Shown: positions 40,451-53,813 of the stretch, in pieces
Position numbering within the stretch: the stretch's first letter is position 1
Layout: every line of letters starts with the position of its first letter
Assembly: GCF_001194135.2 (NCBI RefSeq)
Contig: NC_068982.1
Location: forward strand, 60,197,267 to 60,261,266
DNA from: Octopus bimaculoides
Lineage: Eukaryota
Direction: 5' to 3'
DNA length: 64,000 nt
Made by a program: the position numbers and the translations under genes
Notes under the pieces: generated by a model
Databases searched by the model: none
What the model was told of the DNA's origin: nothing
Seen by the model: the letters and a program-made list of their open reading frames with translations, nothing else

Positions 40451-40717
40451 TTATTAGTGAAAAAAATTACTCCACTTATTCACGAAGGGACCATTTCTTC
40501 AGGAAAATGGTCCTTATTGTATTTAGAATAAACTAACACTAAAGAAAGTGTTTTCATTTTTTGTTCTTTTGAAGTTTATCTCGTAGATACAAAATAGTTT
40601 AGGATTTCTAAGTATCTTAAATGAAGAAGATGATGTTGATAATGATGACAATGATAGCGAAAATGACAATGACAATGATGATAATTATGTAATAGTAGTA
40701 GTAGTGGTAGGAGTAGT

Positions 40718-40978
40718 CATGGGCCCTGGAACAGGGGTGCAGGGGTTGCAAGTGTGCCTTCTAAAATTTTTTTGGAGATGGAAAATCAAAATTTGCACCT
40801 CTACTTACGTTTCTCATGTTTAGAAAACAGTGCATAAAAAGTGATCGGTAAAAAGTAGCTTGAAGTTAGGTTTCTTCTCAAAGAACAAAGAACAAAAACG
40901 AATAAATAAAAAAAAAGACAATTGTAAACAAATTTTCGACCTAGGTTTGCACCTCCTAAGCAAATTTCATTCCCAAGC
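40718..40978. mobile_element. Possible degraded hAT-like MITE inside an (AGT)n run
   Basis: GC-rich ends CATGGGCCCTGGAACAGGGGTGCAGGGG and TGCACCTCCTAAG..TTCCCAAGCC around an AT-rich core; TIR match is poor. Confidence 0.35.
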
Positions 40979-41553
40979 CAGCAGCAGTAGTAGTAGTAGT
41001 AGTAGTAGCAGCAGCAGCAGCAGCAGTAGCGGTAGTAGTAGTAGTAGTAGTAGTGGTAGCAGCAGCAACAGCAGTAGCGGTAGTAGTAGTAGTATTGTAG
41101 TAGCAGTAGCAGCAGTAGTAGTAGTAGTAGTAGTAGCAGCAGCAGCAGCAGCAGTAGCGGTAGCGGTAGCAGCAGTAGTAGTAGTAGTGGTAGTAGTAGT
41201 AGTAGTTGTTGTTGTTGTTGTAGCAGCAGCAGCAGCCTCAGCATTAGTAACCAACAATCACAGTAATAACCACAATGACCATCACCAAGATGATGCTAAT
41301 GAAGATGATGATGATGATGAAGAGGAGAAGGAGGAGGAGGACGACGACGACAGTAACCACAACGATGATGACACTAACGATGATGATGATGATGATGATG
41401 ATGATGACGATGGGGATGGTGATCATGATCATGATGAAGATGATGGTGACGACGATGATGATGATACTGATGGTGATGATGATGATGACCACGATGACAA
41501 CGATGACAATGACGACGACAACGATGATGACGAGGATGAGGACGAGGATACAC

Positions 41554-41600
<47 letters not shown>
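40979..41600. repeat. Compound (AGT)/(AGC)/(GAT) trinucleotide tract
   Basis: Directly visible; explains the 251-aa S/V/A/D ORF. Confidence 0.95.
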
Positions 41601-41874
41601 AACAAAAAGAAATGATAATAATTTAATGATTTCACTGGTTCTGCTTATGTCTTTTGAAACTATGAATTGGCCCTAATGAAAGCACCCCTTCATCCCTACC
41701 TCTACGATGACTAGATTCGCTTGAATAGCTGTAAATATCAAATGTTTAAATGATCTCCGAAAAGTTGAATATATGCCATTTCAGGCCATGAAACAAAGAG
41801 ATGTTAATTTGTCTTCTATAAGTTAAGTTTTCGCAGAAGATCAATACTAATAATGATAGAAAATGAAATTGTTA

Positions 41875-42125
41875 TGACGACAGTGGCGGTGGTGGTGGTG
41901 GTGGTGGTGGTAGCAGTGGTGTTGGGAGAAGAAGCAGTAGTGACAATTATGATGATGGCAAAGAAGAAAAAGAAGAAGAAGATTAAGAAGAAGAAGGAGA
42001 AGAAAAAGGAGAAGAAGAAGAAGAAGAAGAAGAAGAAGAAGAAGAAGAAGAAGAAGAAGAAGAAGAACAACAACAACAACAACAACAACAACAACTACTT
42101 CTTCTACTACTACTACTACTACAAG
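41875..42125. repeat. Compound (GGT)/(AAG)/(AAC)/(TAC) microsatellite
   Basis: Directly visible. Confidence 0.95.
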
Positions 42126-42364
42126 AAAAGGGAGAAATAGATGTAAGGAAAAAAGGTGTTTTATTAGGTATCTTTTATGTGTGTGTGAGTGTATATGTGT
42201 GTGCGTGTGTGCGTGTGTGTGTGTGTGTGTGTGCGTGTGCTCTTAGTAAACTTTAGGTCATATAGTAATGGAGGTGCAGTCATCAATGTTAGACCACATG
42301 AAAAGAAATGTCAGGAATTCTTGCTCGCACGATTATTTTAATTTAAAAACTTTGAAATATTAAC

Positions 42365-42755
42365 GGTGCAGGTGTGGTTGTGTGGTAAGAAGCACCCTTT
42401 CCAACCACATGACTTTGGGTTCAGTCCCACTGTGTGGTGTGGCACCTTGGACAAGTGTCTTCTACTATAGTCTTATGGTCTACCAGAAGTTTTCTGAGTG
42501 GATTTGGTAGCTGGAAACTGAAAGTAGTCCATCGTCATCATCATCGTCATCATCATCGTCATCATTATCATCTTTTAACGTCCGTTCTCCATGCTGGGAT
42601 GGGTTGGACAATTTGACAGGAGTTGATCAGCTGGAGAGCTGCCTGGGCTCTGCTTGTCTGTTTTGGCTTGGTTTCTACAGCTGGATGCCCTTAGTAACAC
42701 CAACCACTTTAATGGGTGCTTTTACATGATACCGACACAGGCACTTTTACATGGT
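42365..42755. mobile_element. SINE family B head (+, 42365-42525) abutting an RTE-type tail copy (-, 42534-42755)
   Basis: GGTGCAGGTGTGGTTGTGTGGTAAGAAG..GGCACCTTGGACAAGTGTCTTCTACTATAG, then (CAT)n TTTAACGTCCGTTCTCCATGCTGG. Confidence 0.8.
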
Positions 42756-45700
42756 GTGTGTGTGTGTGTGTGTGTGACCACCACTTGACATCCAGTGTTG
42801 GATTGTTTATGCCTCCATAACTTAGCAGCTTTTAACAGAGACTGATAAATTATGTGCCACTCTCCACAAAAAAGTACTAGGGGCAACCAAACCTTTCATG
42901 TGGTGCACAGCCCAATGCTTGAAATACATGAAAGATATCTACTTTGCTTGAAATACATGAAAGATATCTACTAAGAAATGCATGAAGGATATCAACTTTG
43001 ATTAAACTTCTGTCCTTTTTTTTATCATGCTTATCATTAACGGCAGTATGCATGTTTCAACAGGTTGACATGGATTGTCCATTTCTCGCTATTACCCTCT
43101 CTCCATGGATATAGGTATGGTGGTTTAGTTTAATAAGTTCACATTGCAACTACATTTTATCCCAGGTTCAACCCTGCTGCATAGTACCAAGAACAATTAC
43201 CTTCTACAATAACCTTAGGTTGTGAGAGTGAAATTTGGAAAACAGAAACTGCGTAGAAGTCCATCAGAGGGATCATTGTTGTTCTTGTGTGGTGGACTTA
43301 ATCTACCATTCAAGTTTAATGCCATCATCTGGTCCTTTGGTTCCTTTAATGGAGCCTTTTGACAGAGCCCTAATGAACATCAACATGAATATTCCTCACC
43401 CAACTCATTATAAGCTTTCATGTTACAGACCACTTCTTTGTACAATACTAACAGCATTCTACATCAAAGTGACTGCAAAATTTGGGTAGACAAAGGGACT
43501 GCATGGCTCTCATGTCTTTTACAATCTTTCACTCAAAACTTCAAAGTTATTGTCAATACTATTAAAGTATAATAAATTTGTACTCCTCCAAATGTATTGA
43601 GTAATCTTTCAGTTTAATATATAATTGTTTGCATTGCAACATGAAGCGAACATAAGCATACATATACATATATATATCATTATATTTTTAGATATAAATG
43701 TGTGTATATATACAAGTATGTATATACATATTATATATACATATTCACACACATGCATGCTTGCACACATACACATACACACATATATTTATGGATATGT
43801 ACATATATATATCATTATACATATATGTATGTCTAAGTATATACATGTATGTAAATATATGTGGGGGGGCATCTATATGCAAATCTACATATATACATAT
43901 AAGATGGTTTGAGTGCATAGAAAACCTAAATGTATATCAAACTAACTTAATAAATGAAAGTGCATTTATGGTTATTGATATGAATATCTACTATAAGGAT
44001 GATACAATGCACCACTCTATGTATATATATATTATCATAAAACAAATATTGAGTATTCAGCAGAATTTTCTGATTCTCCAAAAATAAAAAATATTTCTTA
44101 TTTCTGTTGCGTTGGAAGATATGTTCAGTTTATAAGTTTGAACTATTAGTCTATATAAAGTTAAAGACTTTAACTTTCATCAAACTTTCAAAGTTTTTAG
44201 CCCACTGCTCCTAACATCTCTGTTCCAGGAAAATGAACTATTATTTTGATATTTTCATTTTTATTGCGGATATTCTAATTACAAAGGATTTTAATCAACA
44301 ACAGAAAAATGATTGCCTAGAAATTAACCGGCAATATTTTTAATACTTTTTCATGTATTTTATTTTGTTTGTTCTTTAACACATGAGGATAAATTTTGCA
44401 TTCAAGTCAATTAACAATTTGTATGTTGTACCCTTCATCTCTTGACTAAGTAAGATATGAGTTTTACGAAGAGTGCATTGGAAGATTTCTATCATAAAAA
44501 TACATATACCTAGTGGTACATAGAAAACTAAAGATATAATATCATTCGACTTTCATTAACACATGATAAACAATATATGTATAGAGCAACCAGTTCTTTA
44601 TCAGTCTGGTGCTTAATTAATATCTCCATGTAGGAAAGTTGATATAAGCAACGCCTCGTCACACTTCTATACACTTTTGTGTTTTCTTTCCACTTTTAAT
44701 TGTTACATGTTTTTTTTTCCCCAGTTACATTTCGCCTCCCTCTCGTCCTCCCTATTCTTTCATCTAAATTAGCCAATCCATTCGTTTAATTACACAAGTT
44801 GCCTGCAGATAAAGTCTATGTTCTATTCTTATACATTTTGCAAAACCTACATTCCTAAATGTGTTTTATTGGATTCCCTCCTCTAACATTTGGTTTACCC
44901 TTTCAGAAATTTTCCTCAATCTATCATCTTGGCTTGTATCATTAGTTTTTTTTATGATAATCTCACTCAAAATAAAAGTGAAATAGGTTATAGGGGAATT
45001 TAGTTTATTAGGTAATTTGGGAACAATTTATATATTTACATTTATATATATTTATTTATCACACATGTCAATCAAAATGCTTTGTTAAATTATTTTGTAT
45101 TATATTAGATACTTTTGGCATAGAAAGTAGCAAACTAAGCTATATACTTTTATCTAGTAAGATAATCTATTCTGACACCTCACTGTTCTGAGTTCAAATA
45201 CTACTGACATTGAATTTACTTCTAATCTGAGTTCAAATACTATTAACATTGAATTTACTTCTAATCTTTCTGTGGTTAATAAAATGCTATGGCTAATTCA
45301 GTCAACCATAATGCCCTCCTTTACTAAATTGGAATTGCACCTTATCAAAAGTAATCCCTATTTAGAGAAGTTATTCATTTCTTAAATATTATCTCCAACC
45401 ACAAGATTTCATGTCTGATTCTCAGTATTATAACCCAAAGCTTACAAAAGTTTCTGTAATATTTATAGTAACGAGGAAATGGTGAAATTGGTTAAATGTC
45501 AGAAAAATTCATTAAGCATTTAACATCTCTTGGTTTTTCTCAAATCTTTTCAGCATTCTAAACTCAAATTGTATTCAGGTTCACTTAGTCTTTTATTCTA
45601 TCAATATCACTAGAATAAATACCAACAGTAATACACTTGGGTAAATTTAGTTAACTGTCTCTTCCCCCAGATTTATAGTTTTGGGCTTAAATTAGAAAAC

Positions 45701-45924
45701 ATGTTTATAGCAACAATTACCTATGTATGGTATTACTAGTATATTACCACTTTATCAGTGGTTTCCACCCTTTCACTACCAAGGACCCTTTTACTTTAAA
45801 TTGGTTTTCTCACAGAACCCAGAAACGTCTATATCAACTCAATAAGCTGATTTTTTAAACTAACAACAAACTTTTGTTCCCAGTTTCATTTTCTAATTGA
45901 ATGATATATGTAACTGAATTTAGG

Positions 45925-46140
45925 GTGGCAAAATAGCAGAACTATTAGTATGCTGGGTAGAATGTCTAGTGGCATTTTGTCCACCTGTATGTTCTGAGTA
46001 CAAATTCCGCCAAGGTTGACTTTGGTTTTCATCCTTTTGGGATCAATAAAATAAGTACCAGTTGAGCACTGGGGTCAATGTAGTCGACTTACACCCACCT
46101 CCAAAATTACTGGCCTTGTGCCAAACTTTGAAACCAATAT
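45925..46140 (+). mobile_element. SINE family A copy
   Basis: TTCTGAGTACAAATTCCGCCAAGGTTGACTTTGG..TTTCATCCTTTTGGGATCAATAAAATAAGTACCAG..GGCCTTGTGCCAAACTTTGAAACCAATAT. Confidence 0.8.
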
Positions 46141-46689
46141 ACGAAATCGAATAATTATAAGTAACTGAGCGTTTATACATTTTATACTATCTCTTTTAAA
46201 ATTTTGAACAGAACTCATGGACTCCCAATACTATCTTTGTGTTCCTTCCCCTCCAGGGTCAGCAGACATTGTGTTTGGAATGATTCATTAATTCTATACA
46301 TCTATTAATCTTAGCAATCCTTTTTTTTAATTAACATTTAACAATTAAAATTTCTGCAAAGCCATATATTATCTCACTAACTGTAACCATTACCAACACA
46401 TAAAATTATTAATTTCAATTCTTATCACAAAAATAGACAACTTTGTCTTTCTCTGTGTCAGAATGAATTATTGTTGTACATCAGATTCAAAGATAATCTA
46501 AACTTTATATGAAACTATCAAAAAGCATCATACAGGAAAGATATAGCCCTAGAATTCTATCATCATCATCATCGTTTAACGTCCGCCTTCCATGCTAGCA
46601 TGGATTGGACGATTTGACTGAGGACTGGTGAACCAGATGGCTACACCATGCTATATTTTACTAATACCTAAAGCACATCTGGTTTCTAA

Positions 46690-46880
46690 ACCGACAACAT
46701 GGTTGCTCAACTTGCTAGAAATAGTAGCCAGATCTCCTTCAAACCTTACTCTAACATCTTTTAAAACAACATATTGAATAATGTTGTCTGTAAAACAGAC
46801 AGAGAGATATGGCTGGTGAATCTGTGATTAAAGGTTAGTTTAGTTTGAGCTGATTTAGAGTTAATCATCAATAACTAAGT
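46690..46880 (+). mobile_element. Interspersed repeat (SINE-tail-like), also at ~52915-53070 (+), ~31040-31220 (-), ~11760-11900 (-), ~37560-37640 (-)
   Basis: Shared CTTGCTAGAAATAG.AGCCA.ATCTCC...TTG.ATAATG core across copies. Confidence 0.55.
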
Positions 46881-47060
46881 TCTAATTCTACCATGAAACC
46901 TAATTGCTTGATCTGATACATTACATTACTATTAGCAAGAGATTTTAGAGCCTGATGTATGTTATATAATTATGATAATTAAAAACTTGACCCCTTTCTT
47001 GATAGGACAAGTAAATGAATTATGTACATAAAGTGTGTTTGAAAGTTCTGAGGGATATGT

Positions 47061-47200
47061 TTATGAATGTACTCACAGACATAAGTATGGATGCACTGAA
47101 TGACATATGTATCGATGTACTGAATGACATATGTATGGATGTATTGAATGACATGTGTTATGGATGCACTGAATGACATGTATATGGATGTGCCGAATGG
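47061..47200. repeat. 24-bp minisatellite x~6 (GTATGGATGYACTGAATGACATRT)
   Basis: Units start at 47085, 47109, 47133, 47157 and 47182, with a degenerate unit at 47061. Confidence 0.9.
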
Positions 47201-47689
47201 TGTTTCCTCTAAGTAAATTTTGTTGACAATGAATGATGTGTGCTGAGTGGAAGGTGTATTGAATTTATGAAGAGAGAGACTGCAAGTGGGTAATCAAAGT
47301 AAAAGCTGTTAATGAAGACCTGGTAACATCAGTCATGACAAAAGAGCAGAGACTTACAAATACAAGTTGCACTGCAGACCCTGGTTAGTGGAGCTAGCAT
47401 GGAAAAAAATTTTAATGACAATAATAACAATGCTGCCACTAAGACCACCACCACCATCACCTCTGCCTCTGCCACTGATGATGATGATGGGGATGATGAT
47501 GGGGATCATGATGAGGATGATGATGATAATGATGATGATGATGCAAGTTATTTTGAGTGTTGCTGTTCCCTTGTGCATATGATGATTTATTGTTATTGGT
47601 AGGTATCACCATGCATCAACAAATGATTTCTTTGCTGTAGTTATAAACAAGAACCACAAATTCTTGTCAGGTTCATTAGTCCAGAGTGC

Positions 47690-47737
47690 CTTTGGCTGAT
47701 GAGACACAGTAATGATGAAACACTGGGTGTCTCAAAG
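47690..47737 (+). ncRNA. Type-I hammerhead ribozyme motif
   Basis: Stem I CTTTGG/TCAAAG; CTGATGA 47696-47702; GAAA 47717-47720; stem III ACAC-TGG-GTGT; GTC triplet ending 47731; stem II GACAC..ATGAT partly decayed. Confidence 0.7.
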
Positions 47738-48924
47738 TTCCCAAATGACAATGAATCAAGTATGTTATGAACACAGATTCATCTGAAGAGAGCAGTTTTT
47801 AGTTTCAAATCTGCCAGAGCATATTAAGATTGACTACACAGGTCATCATTTTAATTCTCACTGTTTACCATACACATGACAATTTATTATTATTTTGTTA
47901 AATTTTTTCCAAATACATTAAAAATTCTTTGGTTGCTAAACCAAGGTACTTATGATGTATTATGAGTAAAGCATAAACATGGTATTTAATTCATTTTGTA
48001 ATTTCATAAAAAAAAGCCATTCTATCTCTTAGAATTTGTCATGAGTGTAAAACTCATGAGTCTAATCTAATCAAAAACTATAATAAACACTTAAAAATAA
48101 TAACCTATCATCAAATTAACCATTAAAAAATTACAACATTGGACAGGATTCTAATTTTTGATAGACATAACTGGAACTGTCATTATAAGTTGTCAAACTA
48201 TAGTTTGTTATAAAAAGCAATAATTATTACCACATACTTATGAGCTTACAAATATCTAACTTAGGCAATCAATTATACCTAATTTGGCTATTCTCATATT
48301 CTGGTGCTAAATTACACCTTTCTGAAATGAAGAAAAAGAAATAACTAAACATGAACAGAAAAAAAAAAAAAACATCAATATCAAAGCCATCAAAACAAAT
48401 TTTTGTCACAGTACAGATAATGGTTAGAAATTGAATCCCATATCAAAGAAATTATTCTTTTGATTTTTGCGATTTAATGCAATCAATAATATGTACTTAA
48501 AATGAAAATGGGAATATTTAACAACTCAGGAGACTACAATACACATGACAGCTGAAAGGAAGCAAAATAGTTTTAAGAATGTCATCATGCATTGTCTGCT
48601 AACATCTATAGATCTTTTCTGTGAATGATAAAATAATTCTAAAAATGTTTCCTCTTCATTGGGGGGGGGGGGTTGTTACATTTGCATAAAAAGAAAAAAT
48701 TACACAACCTTCTTACACCACAAGAAAAACAAGAACCATGAAGTGACATTGCTATTATTGATGGATAATGTATATAAGAGACTGAAGGGTAAACTAATCA
48801 GAGAGTGTGTTGAAATATCATATTGATTATGTTGAAGAGAAAATAATCTAGTTTTTTTTTACATAATAAATATCATACATGGATGTTTGGTTAAGAAAAA
48901 TATTGAAATATCAATATATTTTAT

Positions 48925-49322
48925 CTTTCATCTCTTATTTATTTCAGTCATTAGACTGCAGCCATGCTGGGGCACTGCCTTGAAGGGTTTTAGTCAAACA
49001 AAACTATCCCAGGACATTTTTTTTCTAAAGTCTAGTACTCATTCTATCAGTCTCTTTTGCTGAACTGCAAAATTACGAGGATGTCAATACACCAACACCG
49101 GTTGTCAAGTGCTGGTGGGGAACAAACACAGACACACACACACACATATATATATACATATATACGATGGGCTTCTTTCAGTTTCCAGCTACCAAATCCG
49201 CTCACAAGGCTTTGGTCAGCCTGAGGCTATAGCAGAAGACACTTGCCCAAGGTGTCACACTGCAGGACTGAACTCAAACCATGTGGTTGGGAAGCAAACT
49301 TCTTACCACACAGCCACACCTG
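48925..49322 (-). mobile_element. Full-length SINE family B
   Basis: Reverse complement of 11969-12372 from TTTCAGTCATTAGACTGCAGCCATGCTGG to CTTACCACACAGCCACACC. Confidence 0.85.
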
Positions 49323-49919
49323 TTTGTTGGTACTTTTTTTATTAATAGGGTCGATCTAATCGATTGCCCCCCCCCAAAAAAAAAATTTCGGGCCTTGTGC
49401 CTAGAGTAGAAAAGTTTATTATTTATGGCTGAATATGGAAATATTTTGTTTACGAGGTTTTTTTTATGTAGAGTTTTGTTTTTTGAGGAAAGGTTTTTGG
49501 TTGTTTCTAAAGGTTTATCTACGTCATTAGTGGTTGATTTATAAAAGGTTAAATTTATTTGAGATCATCCAAGTTAACCTCAGTATGGTTATGATTTATT
49601 AGTATTTGATTTGGAAGATTTAGTTCCCAACTGCATAGTTTGGGGTAAAGTCACACTGAATCACACCTTGGGCAAGTGTTTACTATGATAGCCCCTGATC
49701 AACTAAAGTCTCATGAATAGATTTAGTATATGGAAAATGAAAGAAGCCTATTGTATGTGTGTGTGTCTGTGTGTGTGTGTTTGTATTTCCTTCACTTGAT
49801 ATCACATAATAGTTGCTAACAAGCCTCACTGTACAAACAAGTATTGTTATTCATTTCCATTCTTTCATAGAAAGAAGTGCAAACTATGAGTTGAAAAATA
49901 CTTTGCTTCACAACAGTGG

Positions 49920-50850
49920 AAGAGTTGGCAACAGAAAGGAGCATCCAGCAATAAAAAATCTTCCTCAATGAATTCCAACTGACCCATGCAAGCATAGAGA
50001 TGTAGACAGTTGAATGATGGAGTTGATGACAACGATGACAACGGTGGTGGTAATGGTGGTGGTGATGATGGGTGATACATACATATATATTAACATTATT
50101 GTCATCATTTAACATCCATGTTCCATGCTGGCATGGGCAGGATGATTTGACAGAATTCAGTTGGTCCAAGCACTGCATTGTGCTGCCCAAGTGTCTACTT
50201 TGGTTTTTATGGTTTGATGCCCTTCCTAATTTCAACAACTTTACAGCATGTACCCTGTGCTTTTTTCATGTCATCAGCACTTGTGAGGTCACTATACAGC
50301 TTGCAAGCTACAAATTCACCAGGAGATAAGGAATGAAGAAGGGTAAAGTATGAGGGAAAATGGCCAGAGCAGTACAAGTTTCTTGCTGTAGATGACCTAC
50401 ATGGCTACTCATTTTAGAAGAGAGTGGAAGTGATCAAGTGAAGCTGGAAAAAAATTAAAATAACGAGGAGGACAGTTTCATTTACATATGACATTAATTC
50501 CCCATTTATATATAATATTAATTCCATAGAAAAGCCATGAATATTTTAATTCTCCGTTTCTCCTTCCCTGAAATGATTCAGGCATCATACATCATCGTCA
50601 TCGACATTTAATGTCCATTTCACATGCAGGTATGGGTTGGACGGCTGGACAGGAACTGACAAGGCCAGGGACTGCACTAGGTTCCGTAGTCTGTTTTGGT
50701 TTGGTTTCTATGACTGGATACCCTTCCTAACGCCAACCACCCTACAGAAAGTACTGGGTGATTTTTACATGGCATCATCACCAGTGCTTTTTACATGACA
50801 CCAGCTCCCACACCAATGCTTCTTATGTGGCACCTTGGTTATGACACCTA
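49920..50850. mobile_element. Three RTE-type tail copies: 49920-50045 (+), 50100-50300 (-), 50590-50850 (-)
   Basis: Each has the CCATGC..GCATGGG..GGA and GGATGCCCTTCCTAA..CAAC motifs or their reverse complement. Confidence 0.75.
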
Positions 50851-51113
50851 GGTTTTGTAATACATATATTACAAATCAATATTTCAGTGAATCAAATTTG
50901 GAAATACTTGTTTTAATAATCCGAATAAATACCAGAATTTTGAGAATAATCCCTTCAAGGAAAAATCTCATCATTGTTTGATTTTGAACATCAGGATGAT
51001 ATTTTTTGCTAAGCAACAATAGCATTTATTAATATCTTCTTGTACCCCAAGAAAGTAAATAGAATAGAAAGTTATATGACATAGGATAATTTCATTTAGT
51101 ATATCCCAGGATT

Positions 51114-51503
51114 GTGGAGGTGCAATGGTCCAGTGGTTAGGGCAGCAGACTCGCGGTCATAGGATCGCGGTTTCGATTCCCAGACTGGGCGTTGTGAGCG
51201 TTTATTGAGCAAAAACACCTAAAACTCCACGAGGCTCTAGCAGGGGATGGTGGCGAACCCTGCTGTACTCTTTCACCACAACTTTCTCTCACTCTTACTT
51301 CCTATTTTTGTTGTACCTGTAATTCAAAGGGCCAGCCTTGTCACATTGTGTCACACTGAATATCCCCGAGAACTACGTTAAGGGTACACGTGTCTGTGGA
51401 GTGCTCAGCCACTTGCACATTAATTTCACGAGCAGGTTGTTCCGTTGATCTGGTCAACTGGAACCCTCGACGCCGTAAGCGACGGAATGCCAACAACAAC
51501 ACA
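51114..51503 (+). mobile_element. Young full-length tRNA(Arg-like)-derived SINE with TSD
   Basis: 11-bp TSD ATCCCAGGATT at 51103-51113 and 51504-51514; A box TGGTCCAGTGG; B box GGTTTCGATTCC; (CAA)n tail; CpGs retained. Resembles the octopus OR-type SINEs (from memory). Confidence 0.9.
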
Positions 51504-53237
51504 ATCCCAGGATTAGATTTATTATGACATGGAAATACTCTGGATATATGGATATATGAATACTCTCTCCAAAAGTATTTACTTTGTAGTTATAGCAATA
51601 ACTAAATATTGTACAGAATAACTTAATCATAACATTAACAGTTTTAGATTCAAAATAATTTAATGGAAATAACGTGAGGAAATGTAATAGGAAGCTCTTC
51701 GCACCATTTCACCATAATTTTCCTGTGATAAAGCTACATCTAAGAAGGTTAACTTAAGTTATTTGGTACATAGTAGAAAACCACAGATTTCTATATTCGC
51801 ATGTTCCTATAACAAATTGATACTGTCCACAAAAAATAAAAAGAAAATTAATAAGAAATATTTATGTATAATCTTTTCAATAAAATATTCCCACAGAAAC
51901 ATGACATGTGATCTTTTATTGCCATGAAAGTAATAGAAGTTTACCTTGAAGTCAAATATTTATTCTTAAGCTTAGAAAGAAAATAAAAAAAAGTACTCCC
52001 ATGATACTATTTTACTGAAATACTGCTATTCAATATGGATATGACAGAGCAATTGTGAAGAGAACAGATATAAACATCAGTGAGGTGTAAACTAGCATCC
52101 ATACAGAAAATGGTCCAATCTTTAATGTATCTACCGTAGGGGCCTATAGTGTTTCATTCATAAATGTGCATATAAACGCTAAACAAGTCTATGAAATACG
52201 CTGCCAGGCAAGTTCTTTTCGGATTTCAATACAAATCAAAAACAGGACATTATTTTATAAAATGTTAGAAGCAGTAGCAGTCTAAAAAGAAGAAAAAAAA
52301 ATGAAGATACATTTAATATTAATTCAAAACATCCCAAGATAGTCTAAGTGATTTCTTTAATAGCAGTTAATGGTTATCATATTTGAATATAGCAAATTCT
52401 TAAACCTGTTTTGCAAAATAAAAAAAAAGTATTAGGGTCTAAGAATAAAAAACAACAACAATGGAACCATTTTATGGCAGAGATGTTTTTGAGTATATCT
52501 ATTTCGCATGTTGCTTTATTTTTCTCTTTCAAAGAGTGAAAAATGTTTTGACTATATTCACAAAAATAGTATCACTCATGTGTAAATGACTATTTATAAT
52601 TTGTCTTTGAAAACAAGGGTGAAACACAAATATATTTTGTTGAAACATTTATGTGATATAATAAAATATTATTATTTTTGAATTATTAATGAAAAATAGT
52701 TAAAAGTTGTGATGTTCTCCTTTGTTTAATCATTTAGTGTCAATCCGTTTTGAAGTATTAAACATTGTATTTCATATTTAATCATTTGTTGCATATAGAC
52801 ACAAATACTTTTATATAACAAAACATGAGAAGAAAAATTTACAAACTAAATTCTGCATATGATATTTGTTAATTGATTATCAGAAGAATTATACTGTATT
52901 AAAATAGGTTCCAGTAGTTACTTGGCCTGCATGAAATAGCAGCCAAATCTCCCTTGCCATTCTTACAAAGAAAGAACACTTTGGATATTGTAATACTAAA
53001 TAATACAATGTCTGAATGGGATGATTATGGCTACTGAATCAGATCTCAACTCAAATTTCCTTTCCAACAAAGTAAAAACAAAAAAAAAGCTGACAAATAA
53101 ATTAATTAAATAAGCATATAAATAAATAAAAATATACCTGAATTATATAACTTTATTAAAAATTCGTTTTTAGTTTAAAATGATTAGAGCAAAATGTTTT
53201 TAAATATGTAAATATAGTTTAATCCATATATTGTATC

Positions 53238-53500
53238 CTCATCATCATCGTCACTTAATGTCTGTTTTCCATGCTGGCATAAGTAAGATGGTTTGATTGG
53301 AACTGGTAAGTTGGAGAGCTGCACCAGATTCCAGTCTGTTTTGGTTTTGTTTCTACACTTGGATGCCCTTCCTAATGCCAACAACTACACAGAGTGTACT
53401 GGGTACCTTTTACATGTCACCAGTATGGATGCCTTTTATGTGTCACCACATCTTCCAGGGTCTGGCTCTTCCACAGGTTCCCACCATAGTTAGAGATTGG
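53238..53500 (-). mobile_element. RTE-type 3' tail copy
   Basis: TTAATGTCTGTTTTCCATGCTGGCAT..GGATGCCCTTCCTAATGCCAAC..ACAGAGTGTACTGGGTAC. Confidence 0.75.
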
Positions 53501-53503
53501 CAC

Positions 53504-53534
<31 letters not shown>

Positions 53535-53813
53535 GATATAGATATAGAATATCAAGTGTAAATGTTATCTCTCATATTCCCTGAGTACACTTTTTACTGT
53601 AATCGCTAAGATAAAGACTTATTTACTTTTGGCTGTAGTAATCTTACATATTCCTTGAGAATCATTGTTGTATTATATTAACAGTAGTTCTTCCCAAAAA
53701 GTTCACTTTAAGAAAAAAGTAAAAACTTTCTAGATAGATATCAGTAAGTAAGGGGTACAATTCTCTTTATTACATTTCTTAATACAATAAATAAACCTAC
53801 ACCATGTGCCCAT

